Of a stretch of DNA of 64,000 bases, positions 52,301 through 62,382 are shown one piece after another; the stretch's first letter is position 1, and every line of letters starts with the position of its first letter. The position numbers and the translations under genes are program-made. The DNA comes from a virus. Taxonomy: Duplodnaviria; Heunggongvirae; Uroviricota; Caudoviricetes. The DNA is taken from IMG/VR virus record IMGVR_UViG_3300017991_000084, positions 26,830 to 90,829 of that record. One strand, 5' to 3'. The notes beneath the pieces were generated by a model. That model did no database searches, was not told where the DNA came from, and saw only the letters and a program-made list of their open reading frames with translations.

Positions 52301-54728
52301 GATTGCATTTCGTGCATCGCAGCTTGCTTGAGTCCTTGCATTTCGTCAACTCATGACTCATTCTTCTCCTCCAATGACAAAGGGCTCATCTATCAGGTCC
52401 GAGATAGCCCTGTAATCTTCGTACTTCTCCCCAGTCCAGACCACCAGGATCATAGCGGTCATTCCGTTAGGCCGATCCTCATACTGATAGTCCAGAAGGC
52501 CCTGCTCATGGAGCTTCAGGAACCTAGACCTCATCTCACCTTCGCCGTATTTGTGGATAGACTCCTGGCACCAAGGCTTAAACTTCTGGAAGTAATCGTC
52601 CGCTGTAGCAGCGCAGATCGCCTGTACGTCACGGCCACACTCGCCGTTGATACCTCTTATGAACGCTGTTGGTAGTGGAGGAGCCTTGCCTTCGAACCCG
52701 ATGAACGCGAAGAAGTGAACAATGTCATCGAACTCAAGCATATTCGACTCATCCGTCATTGAATCGTCCCTTTCATGTAGACCGCTGTGTTCACTGGAAA
52801 TGTCATCAGATCGAGATCCTGTGTCTTGGCCTCTTCAGCCGTCAGGAAGTTCAACAGTTCCTCATTCTCACACAGGAACTGCATCGCATCTGTGAAATCC
52901 AGCACCATGAGACGTGGCTCATCCTCGAACCGATAGATGATCAGATGTTGTTCTTCACCCATTTCTCTGCTCCTCTTTCAGTTGCTTCTTGGATACGAAA
53001 CGTCCACTACTCGTGTCACCGTAGACCTTGCATTTAGGGCATTCGTACATGAGTCTGGTAGTGCCACACTCTTTGCACTCTACACCGCAACAGATGCAAT
53101 ATCTAGGCCACCTAGGCACTCTGGTCGAATTCCCTCTCCAGACGCTGGGCGAACACGCTCCGCTCGACACGGTCGAAGTGGTACAACGTGTCAGGGTAAG
53201 CTGCGATATTGCACAGCTCTTCCATGCAGGCGTCTTCCACATCCGTAGGACTCGTGACCTTGATCATAGCATGCTGAAGTGCAACACGCTTTCCGACCAA
53301 ATGGTTGTATTTGTCCACCGGATTCTGCCGAGCCATACCAGCACTGAACAGCTCCCAGATCGGACGGGTCTTTGTCTCGTCCTTCTCACAGGCTTCTTCG
53401 CCCTTGTACAGGTAGACCTTGCAGATGGTTGTGATTGTGGTACGCCCACCACGGCGCGGCTCCACTTCCTTGATGAACTGAACTCGGAATGTCTGACCGT
53501 TCAACTTGACTATCATCTCATTCTCCTTCTACGTAGAGGTTAGACGTCTTGTTCGCCGTCTTCTTTCATTTTTGCCAACACGCGACCAGAAATTTTCTGG
53601 GAGCATTGGCCACACACTTCCAAGCGATGACATAGTGTGCCACGCTTGACCCACCACAGCCTCTTACAGCCTTGACACAGGATCTGAACCGACTTCTTTT
53701 TCTCTTTAATCACTGCCATCACTCGTCTCCCACACCCATCTAGATTCATCATCAGTAGAAACATATGTGCCGCATCTACTACATTTGACTTTCCCAGCCC
53801 CATAACATGAGGACTTGCACCAAAGCCATAGTATGTGGTTGCAATCACAACGATGCCCACACAAATCTCTATTCGGCATCACTCGTCTCCAAAAACAGTC
53901 AATGTAGCCTCGTGCAAGAAGTTCTTCACTTCCAGATCCCACCACGCATTCAGATCTGTGTATGACGGAGGATCGCTCATCGAACGACCACCCATGCAAT
54001 GCTCACACGTGATGGTCACACCATCGTATGAGAAGTAATCATGCCACCGATGACCACGGAGCACGAGAGTCTTTCCGTCTTTCAGCGCCTGAACAGCTTC
54101 TGCATAGGTCAACATACGAGTACGCTCCTAATATTGTTCACGGCAAATTGTAGTGACGACGAAATTCCTGCCATCTCCACCTCCACAAACTCTACCGGAG
54201 GTTCCTGCGTATGATCTGTCTGCCACCCATTCACCTTCACACCCTCATAGATGTGGTTCTCTTCATCCAAGTGAATCGCCAGATACGGATTGTGCTGAGC
54301 CCGGTTGTCAAAGATATTCCTGAGTACCCTTCGCAGGTACTCACGTGTGCAGAAGCAGACCTTGTTCAGGCCCACAAAGTCATCGATGAAGTCACCACCA
54401 GCTTCCTCGATGATCCTCAACCGGCGCTCGTCTGCTATCTGGTACTTCATTTGGATCTCCCACATTCGTCACACTTTTCTTTCGCAGGGAGGACCCATTG
54501 CGGAGTGTTATGCCCCAGCAACACCTCTCTGGTGTACCCATTTTCTGTAAAATGCTTCGTCCGAGCATTCCAGAAGAGCAGGAACGACAGCACGAGAATC
54601 GTCACACACGTGATCACATGCTTCCACAACTTCAAAGCCGCCATTTCTTTATTGTCCATCATCTGTTCTCCTCAGTTAAAGGCTAGGAGCCCGTTTAAGG
54701 CCCCTAGCAGCCTCTGTAATCCACGATC

Positions 54729-55931
54729 TCACCCCTTGAGTACTGCGACGGGCTCTAACTCCACAATCGCCTTCACAAGGTCCTTCTGGTTCTCCATGAC
54801 CACGTCAATAGGCTTGTACGCTCCAGGAGCCTCATCCAGGTCTCCCCGGTTCCGAACTCCATGCACAATGCCCTTCAGCTTGGTGATCTCCTCACCCAAG
54901 TCCAGCTTCTCCTTCGCTGCTGATCGAGACATCAACCGCCCAGCCCCATGGGAGCACGAACAGAAGCTCTCCGGATTCCCCAAACCTTCCACGATGTATG
55001 ACTTCGTCCCCATAGATCCAGGGATGATCCCGATCTCGCCCTTGTAAGCACGAGTCGCACCCTTACGGTGAACCAGGACGTTCTTCCCAAAATGGTGCTC
55101 CATAGCCGCATAGTTGTGGGCTATATTGATCGGTGCATCAAACTCGATGCCCTCGAAGTTCCCACGGAACGTGTCCATGATCGCATACATCATGTACATT
55201 CTGTTCTTCAGAGCAAAATCCACACACCACTTCATTTCACTCAGGTAGTTCTGGCCCTCATCAGAGTCCAGAGGCAAGAATGCCAGCTGCACGTTCGGAG
55301 GCACAGATGCCTTCCACTTCTCATTCAACTGCTTCGCCAGATCGTTGTAGTACTTCGCCACCTTGTAGCCAACGTTCCGAGATCCTGAGTGAAGCATGAT
55401 CCAGATGTGACCATCGTCACCCTTCTGGATCTCGATGAAGTGGTTACCGCCACCCAACGTCCCCAGCTGGAACCGCGCTGCCTCATGCTGCTCAGCCACA
55501 ATAGACTTCGCCGTTCCGCTAGTCAACTTACCCCAAAGCGGAGGCATGTCCAGCATATCTACCTGGAAGCTGTGATGGTTCCGGCCCATCGGGATACGCT
55601 GTCGGATCTCAGCCAGGATAGGTCTCCACAGGTTCTGAGAAAACGATGCACCAAGATTCCAGTCTTTCGCCAAGAGAGAAGTCTTGACCGCACACATGCC
55701 ACAGCCAATGTCCACACCAACGGCATTCGGGATAACCACACCCAAAGTCGCCATGACACCACCAATGGGCATACCGTACCCACAGTGACAATCAGGCATA
55801 GCTGCAATCCACTTGTACGCGAATGGTAGCTGCGCCAGGTTGTACAACTGCAACATAGCCTGAGGCTCAATGTCCTCGGACCACATCTTGATTGGCAACA
55901 TGTTCTTGTGTGCTTCAACTCTCATGGTCAT
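54729..55931 (-). CDS. rtcB: RtcB RNA 3'-phosphate / 2',3'-cyclic phosphate ligase
   Basis: MPDCHCGYG, GGGNHF, AHNY, HGAGR motifs. Confidence 0.8.
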   Translation of the reverse strand: MTMRVEAHKNMLPIKMWSEDIEPQAMLQLYNLAQLPFAYKWIAAMPDCHCGYGMPIGGVMATLGVVIPNAVGVDIGCGMCAVKTSLLAKDWNLGASFSQNLWRPILAEIRQRIPMGRNHHSFQVDMLDMPPLWGKLTSGTAKSIVAEQHEAARFQLGTLGGGNHFIEIQKGDDGHIWIMLHSGSRNVGYKVAKYYNDLAKQLNEKWKASVPPNVQLAFLPLDSDEGQNYLSEMKWCVDFALKNRMYMMYAIMDTFRGNFEGIEFDAPINIAHNYAAMEHHFGKNVLVHRKGATRAYKGEIGIIPGSMGTKSYIVEGLGNPESFCSCSHGAGRLMSRSAAKEKLDLGEEITKLKGIVHGVRNRGDLDEAPGAYKPIDVVMENQKDLVKAIVELEPVAVLKG

Positions 55932-55993
55932 TCTCCTTACACATGGTGGGTGACCCAGCTAACGGGCCACCCACCGCTCGACGGACCCAATTC

Positions 55994-57016
55994 TTAGTTA
56001 GCCGCAGGAGGAGTCACGAGCACACTCGGAGCCTCACCAGCTCCACCCATGTACCACTGCGGATACTTGCCGTCCCACACGTCCAGCCGCTTCAGCTCGA
56101 CTTCCAGCTTCTTCAGCTCCAGGAAGAACGGATTCTCATTCGCCTCTTTCGCAGCATCATTGACCAGACGCAGCGCCTGGGCTTCACCCTCAGCAATCTT
56201 GATCGCCTTCTTGGCCTCACCCGCACCCTCTTGCTCCAGTCGCAGGTTCTTGTCGGCCTGAGCATCAAGCAACGCCTTGGCGACGGTCTTTTCCTGCTGG
56301 GCAATGAAGACGTCATCGATGGCCTTCTGGATTTCCTCGTTCTCATATAGGAAGCCACCAAACATCGACACGGTACGAATCGTCACACCGACCTTCGCGT
56401 AGAACGATACGACGTCGTCCTCAACGGCCTTCTGGATGGTGTTCTTCTTGTCACGCAAGGTATCCAGTTCGTCCTTGGCACATTCGATTGCCGCGACCTT
56501 CTGAATACGTTCACGGATCTCAGTGTCCATGACGCGAGCCAGCGAACCAGACGGATAGTAGTAGAGGAACGTTGCCGTATTGGACTCCTCGACCATTGCA
56601 GTACAACCGAACCCAACGCTGAAGCCTACGGAGTCAGCCGACTCGACCTGGATGGATTCGTTGTTCTGTGTGGTTCCGGTATTCTCATCTGGAGTCCACT
56701 GGCGAGTAACAGGAGTACGGTCCACGGTGATGACCTTCATCGTGGGAATCCACTCACCCTGCCATCCGAAGCGCCCAGTCTTGCGCCAACGCTGGGGAAT
56801 CGTGATCCGCTTAGTGGCGACCTTGGCCTGCTCCAGATACTCGATGGAACCAAACTGAGCCTGCCCAGTCTTGTTCGCACCTTCCAGGGGCACGACGAAC
56901 GCCGTCTCGTTGTTCTTGATTTCCTTGATCGGATCAACGCGCACCTTCTTGATACATCCGACCCCACACGTCGCCAGCATCACCAGTGCCAGCACCAACA
57001 GAATGCTTCTCTTCAT
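55994..57016 (-). CDS. SPFH (band-7 / HflKC / prohibitin-like) domain lipoprotein
   Basis: Signal MKRSILLVLALVMLATCGVGC; C-terminal QQEKTVAKALLDAQADKNL...EGEAQA coiled coil typical of SPFH. Confidence 0.5.
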   Translation of the reverse strand: MKRSILLVLALVMLATCGVGCIKKVRVDPIKEIKNNETAFVVPLEGANKTGQAQFGSIEYLEQAKVATKRITIPQRWRKTGRFGWQGEWIPTMKVITVDRTPVTRQWTPDENTGTTQNNESIQVESADSVGFSVGFGCTAMVEESNTATFLYYYPSGSLARVMDTEIRERIQKVAAIECAKDELDTLRDKKNTIQKAVEDDVVSFYAKVGVTIRTVSMFGGFLYENEEIQKAIDDVFIAQQEKTVAKALLDAQADKNLRLEQEGAGEAKKAIKIAEGEAQALRLVNDAAKEANENPFFLELKKLEVELKRLDVWDGKYPQWYMGGAGEAPSVLVTPPAAN

Positions 57017-57076
57017 GTTCTTACCCTTTCCAAATGCACACAGTTTGTCTTTGACACGACCACACAGCCGCATCAC

Positions 57077-57316
57077 CTATTTCTTCGACTTGCCTGCGAC
57101 CAACACAGTCACGCCTGTAGCAGGCAACGCCACACCGACGCACGCCACCAACTTCAACAGCTCCAGGTTCCGGGTAGCATGGTACGGCACTTCAGAATCT
57201 TCGACCTGCTGCACCGCGATCTCTCTAGAGACCTGCTCACCTGCGGAGCCTTGGATGAGCCCAATGACTCCAAAGGTCACGAGCCACAGGAACAACAAAA
57301 ACACCAACTTCTTCAT
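57077..57316 (-). CDS. small membrane protein (possible NfeD-like partner of the SPFH protein)
   Basis: Two hydrophobic helices; sits immediately upstream of the SPFH gene. Confidence 0.3.
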   Translation of the reverse strand: MKKLVFLLFLWLVTFGVIGLIQGSAGEQVSREIAVQQVEDSEVPYHATRNLELLKLVACVGVALPATGVTVLVAGKSKK

Positions 57317-58087
57317 GCTCTCTCCTCTCAATTGACGCCCAGAACCCACCTGAGCAACTCGATTGACGTCTCTACCCTACGCAAGGCAGACATGTTGGTT
57401 TTCAACTCACCATCTTTCGCACGAATCTTCTTCTTCAATGCAACGGACTTGATGTACAAGTCACGCAACGTCTTCTGGATCTCCTTCTCGGTTCTCATGG
57501 TAGTTTCTCCCTTTCACACAGTAGATGCTCTCGATCCCTCGCATGGTGAACAGCAAGTCCAACAACTCCTCAAGCATGGTGGTTGCCGTCAGCAGCAGCT
57601 GCTTGTAGAATGTAGCTGGCGTGAATCGGAATGCGTCCCGATACGGCAACACCATCTCTTGTTCCAGCTCCGGATACCGCTCCATGAAGTGCAAAACCAG
57701 CACCTCGGCCTCATCCGAATACAGAGTCTGAAGCTGGTATTTCAGGAGCACCCTATTGACCACCTTCACCATGTTGTGATCTTTAATTCTCACGTCTCTG
57801 TCTCCACACACCGCAAACACAGACATAGTTGCGAGCACGTAACTCGGCACGCATATTCCGCAGACCAGCCGGATTGTTTGTCACCAGTATGAACGCCGAT
57901 GGATAGATGAATCGGTCAAACATCCACCGCAACAGGTCCATCCCACTCTCACCTGGACCCAAATCATGATCCATGTAGACAAGGTCGAAGTGGTGAGGAC
58001 CATTCAGGATACATTTCGCCATCTCAGCAGTTCGTGCTATGGCATCCACACCCTTCAAGTCACGAAGATCATCGATCAGTAACTTTC

Positions 58088-58375
58088 TCAGTCCCATGAT
58101 CCCATCGCCCTCAGTGCTCGTTCCATTTTCGCTTCGAACAGCTCGCGGAACTTCGGATGATCGATGCTGAACCACAGCGTCTGTATCACAATGACGCCGA
58201 CCAGCGCCCGCAAGCGCACATCCACATGTCCACTCTGAGTCCACTTTACTCGTGCTGTCAACAATGGATGATCGGCATGAGTGAAGATCAGCCTCGTGTT
58301 CACCCCCTCCACCTGTCTTGCATACAGGAAGTAATCACGTGTCATCATCAGATCTATCACTTGCTTCTCATCCAT
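58088..58375 (-). CDS. hypothetical protein, probably leaderless
   Basis: ATG lies 6 nt downstream of the -10 TATACT of the promoter at 58373-58410. Confidence 0.35.
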   Translation of the reverse strand: MDEKQVIDLMMTRDYFLYARQVEGVNTRLIFTHADHPLLTARVKWTQSGHVDVRLRALVGVIVIQTLWFSIDHPKFRELFEAKMERALRAMGSWD

Positions 58376-58410
58376 ACCTAAAGTATACCTCAGAAAAGCC
58401 CACGTGCAAA
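58373..58410 (-). promoter_or_regulatory. sigma70-like promoter: TTTGCA (58405-58410), N17, TATACT (58382-58387), TTAGGT then ATG
   Basis: Exact family architecture; no room for an RBS. Confidence 0.55.
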
Positions 58411-59093
58411 TGAAATTCCAGTTTCAATCGCAGAACTCACCGGCCCCCAACCAATATAGGCCAGGAGAATCCCGCACAACACCCCTTCCAGGAACCTTAA
58501 CATTGTCTCACCCTTCTCGACCTCGGAATCGTAGCTCTTGCCACAGCGTTTCAGTGCCGACGATGGCTGCATTGATATGCTCGTGCTTCTTGCCCTTCGC
58601 CGTCGCCTCCTCCGCTGCATCGATAGCCTTGCCCACCACCTTCAGAATGTGACGGGCCTTGTCAAACGGAGACGCCTCTTTCTTCTTGCGTTTAGCCATT
58701 CTTGCCCATCCTCTTTGCTCTCAGTTTCTTCTCCAGCTCCTGGAGAAGCTTGTCACGGTTCCACTGGCCATATCGACACAGCCAATCATGCTCAAGCTTC
58801 TCCAGGAGGGAATTCAGTACGCTACCTCGTTGCCCAGGAGACATTCGCTTCATCAGTCCCATCCTCGACAGCCACAGTAATATCGATCCTTGTCACGGTC
58901 ACCTACCAGCTCGAAGAAGGGCAACTTCTCAGGATCAGACGGAGCCTCTTTCCGGCAGTAGGTGCAGATTGCCATGCGTCCAGACAGATCAGGCACCTCT
59001 TCCATGGGCTCCCAGCAATTGTGAATGCCGCAACCCCACTTATCACCCTTCATGGCATGCGCCGCACAACCACACCTCATGAGCTGCCCGGAT

Positions 59094-59501
59094 TTAGTCA
59101 TTGCTCTTGACCTTTCGAATTGAGATACTCGGATCACCTAAATCCCTCATCTCAAGGATCTTTTTGTGGACCTTGGCGAAACCAAGCAACTGATCTGTGT
59201 TCCACGACGTCTTGCCTTTGGACCAAACAGCCTGAAGCCTTTCACCCTTGACGGTCTCACCCAACACGAGCACAGCGTCCTTGACGTCCACAGTCGCATC
59301 TTCGATCATCTCGGCATTGGACTCGATCTGAACCTGGAGAATGTCATACTTCTTCTGGGCCTTCGGATTCTCGGCCAGCAGCTTGGCAATCAACTTTCGC
59401 TGCTTGTCCTGTACCAGAGCCTGGGCTTCCTTCAGCTCACTCAGAGCTGCCAGCTTTGCCTCAATGGCTCTCACTTTGGCATTTCTCTTCTGTGCTGTCA
59501 T
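59094..59501 (-). CDS. hypothetical coiled-coil protein
   Basis: Minus ORF downstream of the promoter at 59521-59560 with a TTTGAGGAG leader. Confidence 0.45.
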   Translation of the reverse strand: MTAQKRNAKVRAIEAKLAALSELKEAQALVQDKQRKLIAKLLAENPKAQKKYDILQVQIESNAEMIEDATVDVKDAVLVLGETVKGERLQAVWSKGKTSWNTDQLLGFAKVHKKILEMRDLGDPSISIRKVKSND

Positions 59502-59520
59502 GTGTTTCTCCTCAAATTGA

Positions 59521-59560
59521 ACAATATGTGCCTACACCTATAGTATACGACATATTTGGA
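59521..59560 (-). promoter_or_regulatory. sigma70-like promoter: TTTGCA (59555-59560), N17, TATACT (59532-59537), ATAGGTGTAGG
   Basis: Exact 17-bp spacer; family member. Confidence 0.6.
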
Positions 59561-59590
59561 AATGTGCAAATTCTTTCCGGAAAATTTGAA

Positions 59591-59663
59591 CGGGACCGGA
59601 AGGATTCGAACCTTCAACTTACGGCTTAGAAGGCCGGTACTCTATCCGTTGAGTTACGATCCC
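59591..59663 (-). tRNA. tRNA-Arg(TCT)
   Basis: Acceptor GGGATCG/CGGTCCC; anticodon loop CTTCTAA; T arm GAAGG-TTCGAAT-CCTTC. Confidence 0.65.
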
Positions 59664-59809
59664 TATTTCAATAGTCCATATCCATCAGGCACCCAAAATG
59701 GACTTGGACCTCTTTGGTCTTGCATGGCTTACCACCAGGAGTCTCACACCCGACCTTGATAGTCTCGTTGGGCTCCTTCCCACCACACAACCAACAGACC
59801 TCTTTCTTC

Positions 59810-60610
59810 TTACTCATAGTCCCGAACCTCCACACCAATTGGAAATCTCGGAATCCCTTCATCAGTCAGTTCCTGGTACTTCACTGTGAGCATCTTGCCA
59901 TAGTAAGACACACGATTCTTCCACGCTTCTCTGCGCCACTCGTAAGTTCCCATCGGACGGGCCTTGAACGTTCTCTCATCCGTAGCCGACACACGGCACA
60001 CCCAGATCGGTGTTCCTATGTCTTTGCCCTTGCCCTCAATCGCACCCACGATCTGATACTCCGCATCATGGAACTTCTTCAGCTTGAGCAAGTCACGACC
60101 ACTGCGCCCATGCTTGTAGATACCATTTGGGTTCCGATAGATCAGGCCCTCGTATCCTTGGTCGATCCACTCATCTAATTGATTCCACACCTCTTCCACC
60201 AAATACAGCTTGGGAGTGACCACCCAATAATCTCTCACCACCTCTCTCACAATTTGTATCCTCTTGTGGAACGGGAGATCCGGAAGGTCCTTCATCCAAC
60301 AGTCATACACGTGGTACTGCAACGTGGCAGAGATCTCATACTTCTTCTTGACCGCTGACACTGTTTCCTGAAATGTGGCATTCGGAAGCATCAACTCACC
60401 ATCCAGCACCAGCCCCCTAGGCCACTGCATTAGAGGATACCGCTCCTGAAGCATGCGTGTTATATGGGGCTTGTGTTCTTTCAGATTTCGTGTCCACGCC
60501 AGTGTCCCATCAAACAAGCACCGCACCCCATCCAGCTTCGGCTGAACATAACAGGGGAACGTAGCCTTCTTGTCTTCGAACTTGTTCGCCAACATCGGCT
60601 TATCCATCAA
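59810..60610 (-). CDS. ATP-dependent DNA ligase (compact, T7-like)
   Basis: Motif I QPKLDGVR; motif III LDGEL; motif IV EGLIYRNP; motif V LLKLKKF. Confidence 0.7.
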   Translation of the reverse strand: MMDKPMLANKFEDKKATFPCYVQPKLDGVRCLFDGTLAWTRNLKEHKPHITRMLQERYPLMQWPRGLVLDGELMLPNATFQETVSAVKKKYEISATLQYHVYDCWMKDLPDLPFHKRIQIVREVVRDYWVVTPKLYLVEEVWNQLDEWIDQGYEGLIYRNPNGIYKHGRSGRDLLKLKKFHDAEYQIVGAIEGKGKDIGTPIWVCRVSATDERTFKARPMGTYEWRREAWKNRVSYYGKMLTVKYQELTDEGIPRFPIGVEVRDYE

Positions 60611-60940
60611 TTGCTCTCCTCAAAAGTGAACTTCGCTCCACACACTCTACACTGACGTGTGTCCGTCCATGTCTCCTGCCCATTTGGATGATAGTGTATC
60701 TCTGTGGAATGAAGGATGGGCAGGTTCCCATCAGGGTCATCCATGTCCTCATACTCATTGTATCCCACACCGCAATCACAATGGAAGTCTGGGAAACTCC
60801 AGTCTCCAGTCTTCGCCATCTCTAGATCAATCTGTGTGCGCACGCTTACGGAGAAAGTAAAGCATGTCACTTCACCCTCATCGATACATCGTTGCAAGAA
60901 CTCAATCCGGTCTTTGTCTGTAATCATCTGCTTCTCCTAA

Positions 60941-61012
60941 CGAGCCTGCCAGAATTCGAATCTGGGCTTGGAGGATCAAAGCCTCCGGTGCTGACCACTA
61001 CACTACAGGCCC
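60941..61012 (-). tRNA. tRNA-Gln(TTG)
   Basis: Anticodon stem GGAGG/CCTCC; loop CTTTGAT; T loop TTCGAAT. Confidence 0.6.
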
Positions 61013-61014
61013 AA

Positions 61015-61086
61015 TAGACCTGCTACGATTCGAACGTAGATCTTGGGAGTCAGAGTCCCAGGTGCTAACCATTACACCACAGGTCT
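61015..61086 (-). tRNA. tRNA-Gln(CTG)
   Basis: Anticodon stem TGGGA/TCCCA; loop CTCTGAC; T arm CTACG-TTCGAAT-CGTAG. Confidence 0.6.
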
Positions 61087-61366
61087 AATTACATGCCCGG
61101 CCAATCACGATACCATGGGCAATCATTATTTGGATTCAACTCACTCGGATGCTTGATCGGAATCTTATCACATTCCGCATACGATCTGGCCAACTCCACA
61201 TTGTTGGAATGGTAACATGCTTTGTCCGATCCAAACTTACACCCGTTACAGTATCTCTTTCCCTTCGGTTGCCAGCCCGTAATAGCCTTTGCCACCCTCA
61301 ACACCACCACAGTGGCCACCAAAACAACTGGGATTATCAGTATATCAGACATAATGCTCCTTTCAA

Positions 61367-61440
61367 AGCCGGTGGAGGGATTCGAACCCACAACCCCTCG
61401 CTTACAAGGCGAGCGCTCTTGTCCATTGAGCTACACCGGC
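61367..61440 (-). tRNA. tRNA-Thr(TGT)
   Basis: Acceptor GCCGGTG/CACCGGC; loop CTTGTAA. Confidence 0.65.
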
Positions 61441-61444
61441 ACAG

Positions 61445-61518
61445 TGGGAGTAGCAGGACTCGAACCTGCGACTTACCGGGTAAAAGCCGGTTGCTCTATC
61501 CAACTGAGCTACACTCCC
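61445..61518 (-). tRNA. tRNA-Lys(TTT)
   Basis: D arm TAGCTCAGTTGGATAGAGC; anticodon stem ACCGG/CCGGT; loop CTTTTAC. Confidence 0.65.
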
Positions 61519-62158
61519 AGGTGCTCACCATTACACCACAACTGATCATCCATAGCCTGATCAATCGCCGTTCGCACATCATTCACCGCACCTTCCATAC
61601 TCGTCTCATGAAGCCGAAAACCTCGGCCCGTCGTAGACCCACGGAGGATGCACTTTCCAGTATACTTTTTCTTCTCCAGCTGCTTTTGCAGCCAATCTAA
61701 TCGTTGTTTGTCTGTGAACATGTCACTCCTCACGCAAACATTGCCAGCCCTTCACCATAATCATCGGTGTGAACGCCACACCGAATCAAATCCTTCACTT
61801 GATCCTCAGTGATCAATGGGGCCAAATCTTCCAGAGACACATCCAAGAAGATCTGATCGTGCTCAGCCGCACTCACCATGTCCGTTGTTCCCTCTCCACC
61901 CAAGATATCATGCAGCATCAAGAACGCACAGATATCCGGTCTCGGATGACGAGGATTCTCGATATCCTCGAACTTGAGGTATATACTGTCATCAGCATCA
62001 AACAGTTCGCACATTTCTTCCACGGTCATGTCATTCCTCCTCAATAGGACGACGGCAACGTTTTTTGTTCTCCTCCTTCTTCCGATCCTTATGGACTCGT
62101 GAAGGTGGAGGCATCTTGCCTCTTGGCAATCTCGGTTTTCTCTTTGGCTTCTTCATAA

Positions 62159-62229
62159 GGTGTTCGACGGGATTCGAACCCGCCCCCTCAGCGTCACAGG
62201 CTAATATGCTACCACTACACCACGAACAC
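62159..62229 (-). tRNA. tRNA with anticodon GTG (His-like), no encoded G-1, shifted D stem
   Basis: Acceptor GTGTTCG/CGAACAC with C73; anticodon stem TTAGC/GCTGA; loop CTGTGAC; T arm GCGGG-TTCGAAT-CCCGT. Confidence 0.45.
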
Positions 62230-62231
62230 AA

Positions 62232-62305
62232 CTCCCCCGGAAGGACTCGAACCTTCGCATACTCGGATTAACAGTCCGAAGCTCTACCAACTGAGCTACA
62301 GGGGA
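62232..62305 (-). tRNA. tRNA-Asn(GTT)
   Basis: D arm TAGCTCAGTTGGTAGAGC; anticodon stem TCGGA/TCCGA; loop CTGTTAA. Confidence 0.65.
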
Positions 62306-62309
62306 CTCA

Positions 62310-62382
62310 AGACCAAGGTGGGATTCGAACCCACATAAGCCGGGTTGCAACCGGCTACCTAAGGCCATTCGGACACTTGGTC
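62310..62382 (-). tRNA. tRNA-Cys(GCA)
   Basis: Acceptor GACCAAG/CTTGGTC with U73; anticodon stem GCCGG/CCGGC; loop TTGCAAC; weak D stem. Confidence 0.5.

Noticed and set aside
61655-61675. GTATACTTTTT on the plus strand, resembling the promoter -10 region
   Set aside because: There is no TTTGCA-like -35 at 17 bp, it lies inside ORF 61509-61733, and it is in the wrong orientation.
62031-62231. 66-aa minus ORF overlapping tRNA-His
   Set aside because: Its N-terminal half is the tRNA gene itself. At most the basic C-terminal 40 aa (MKKPKRKPRL...) could be a real micro-ORF.
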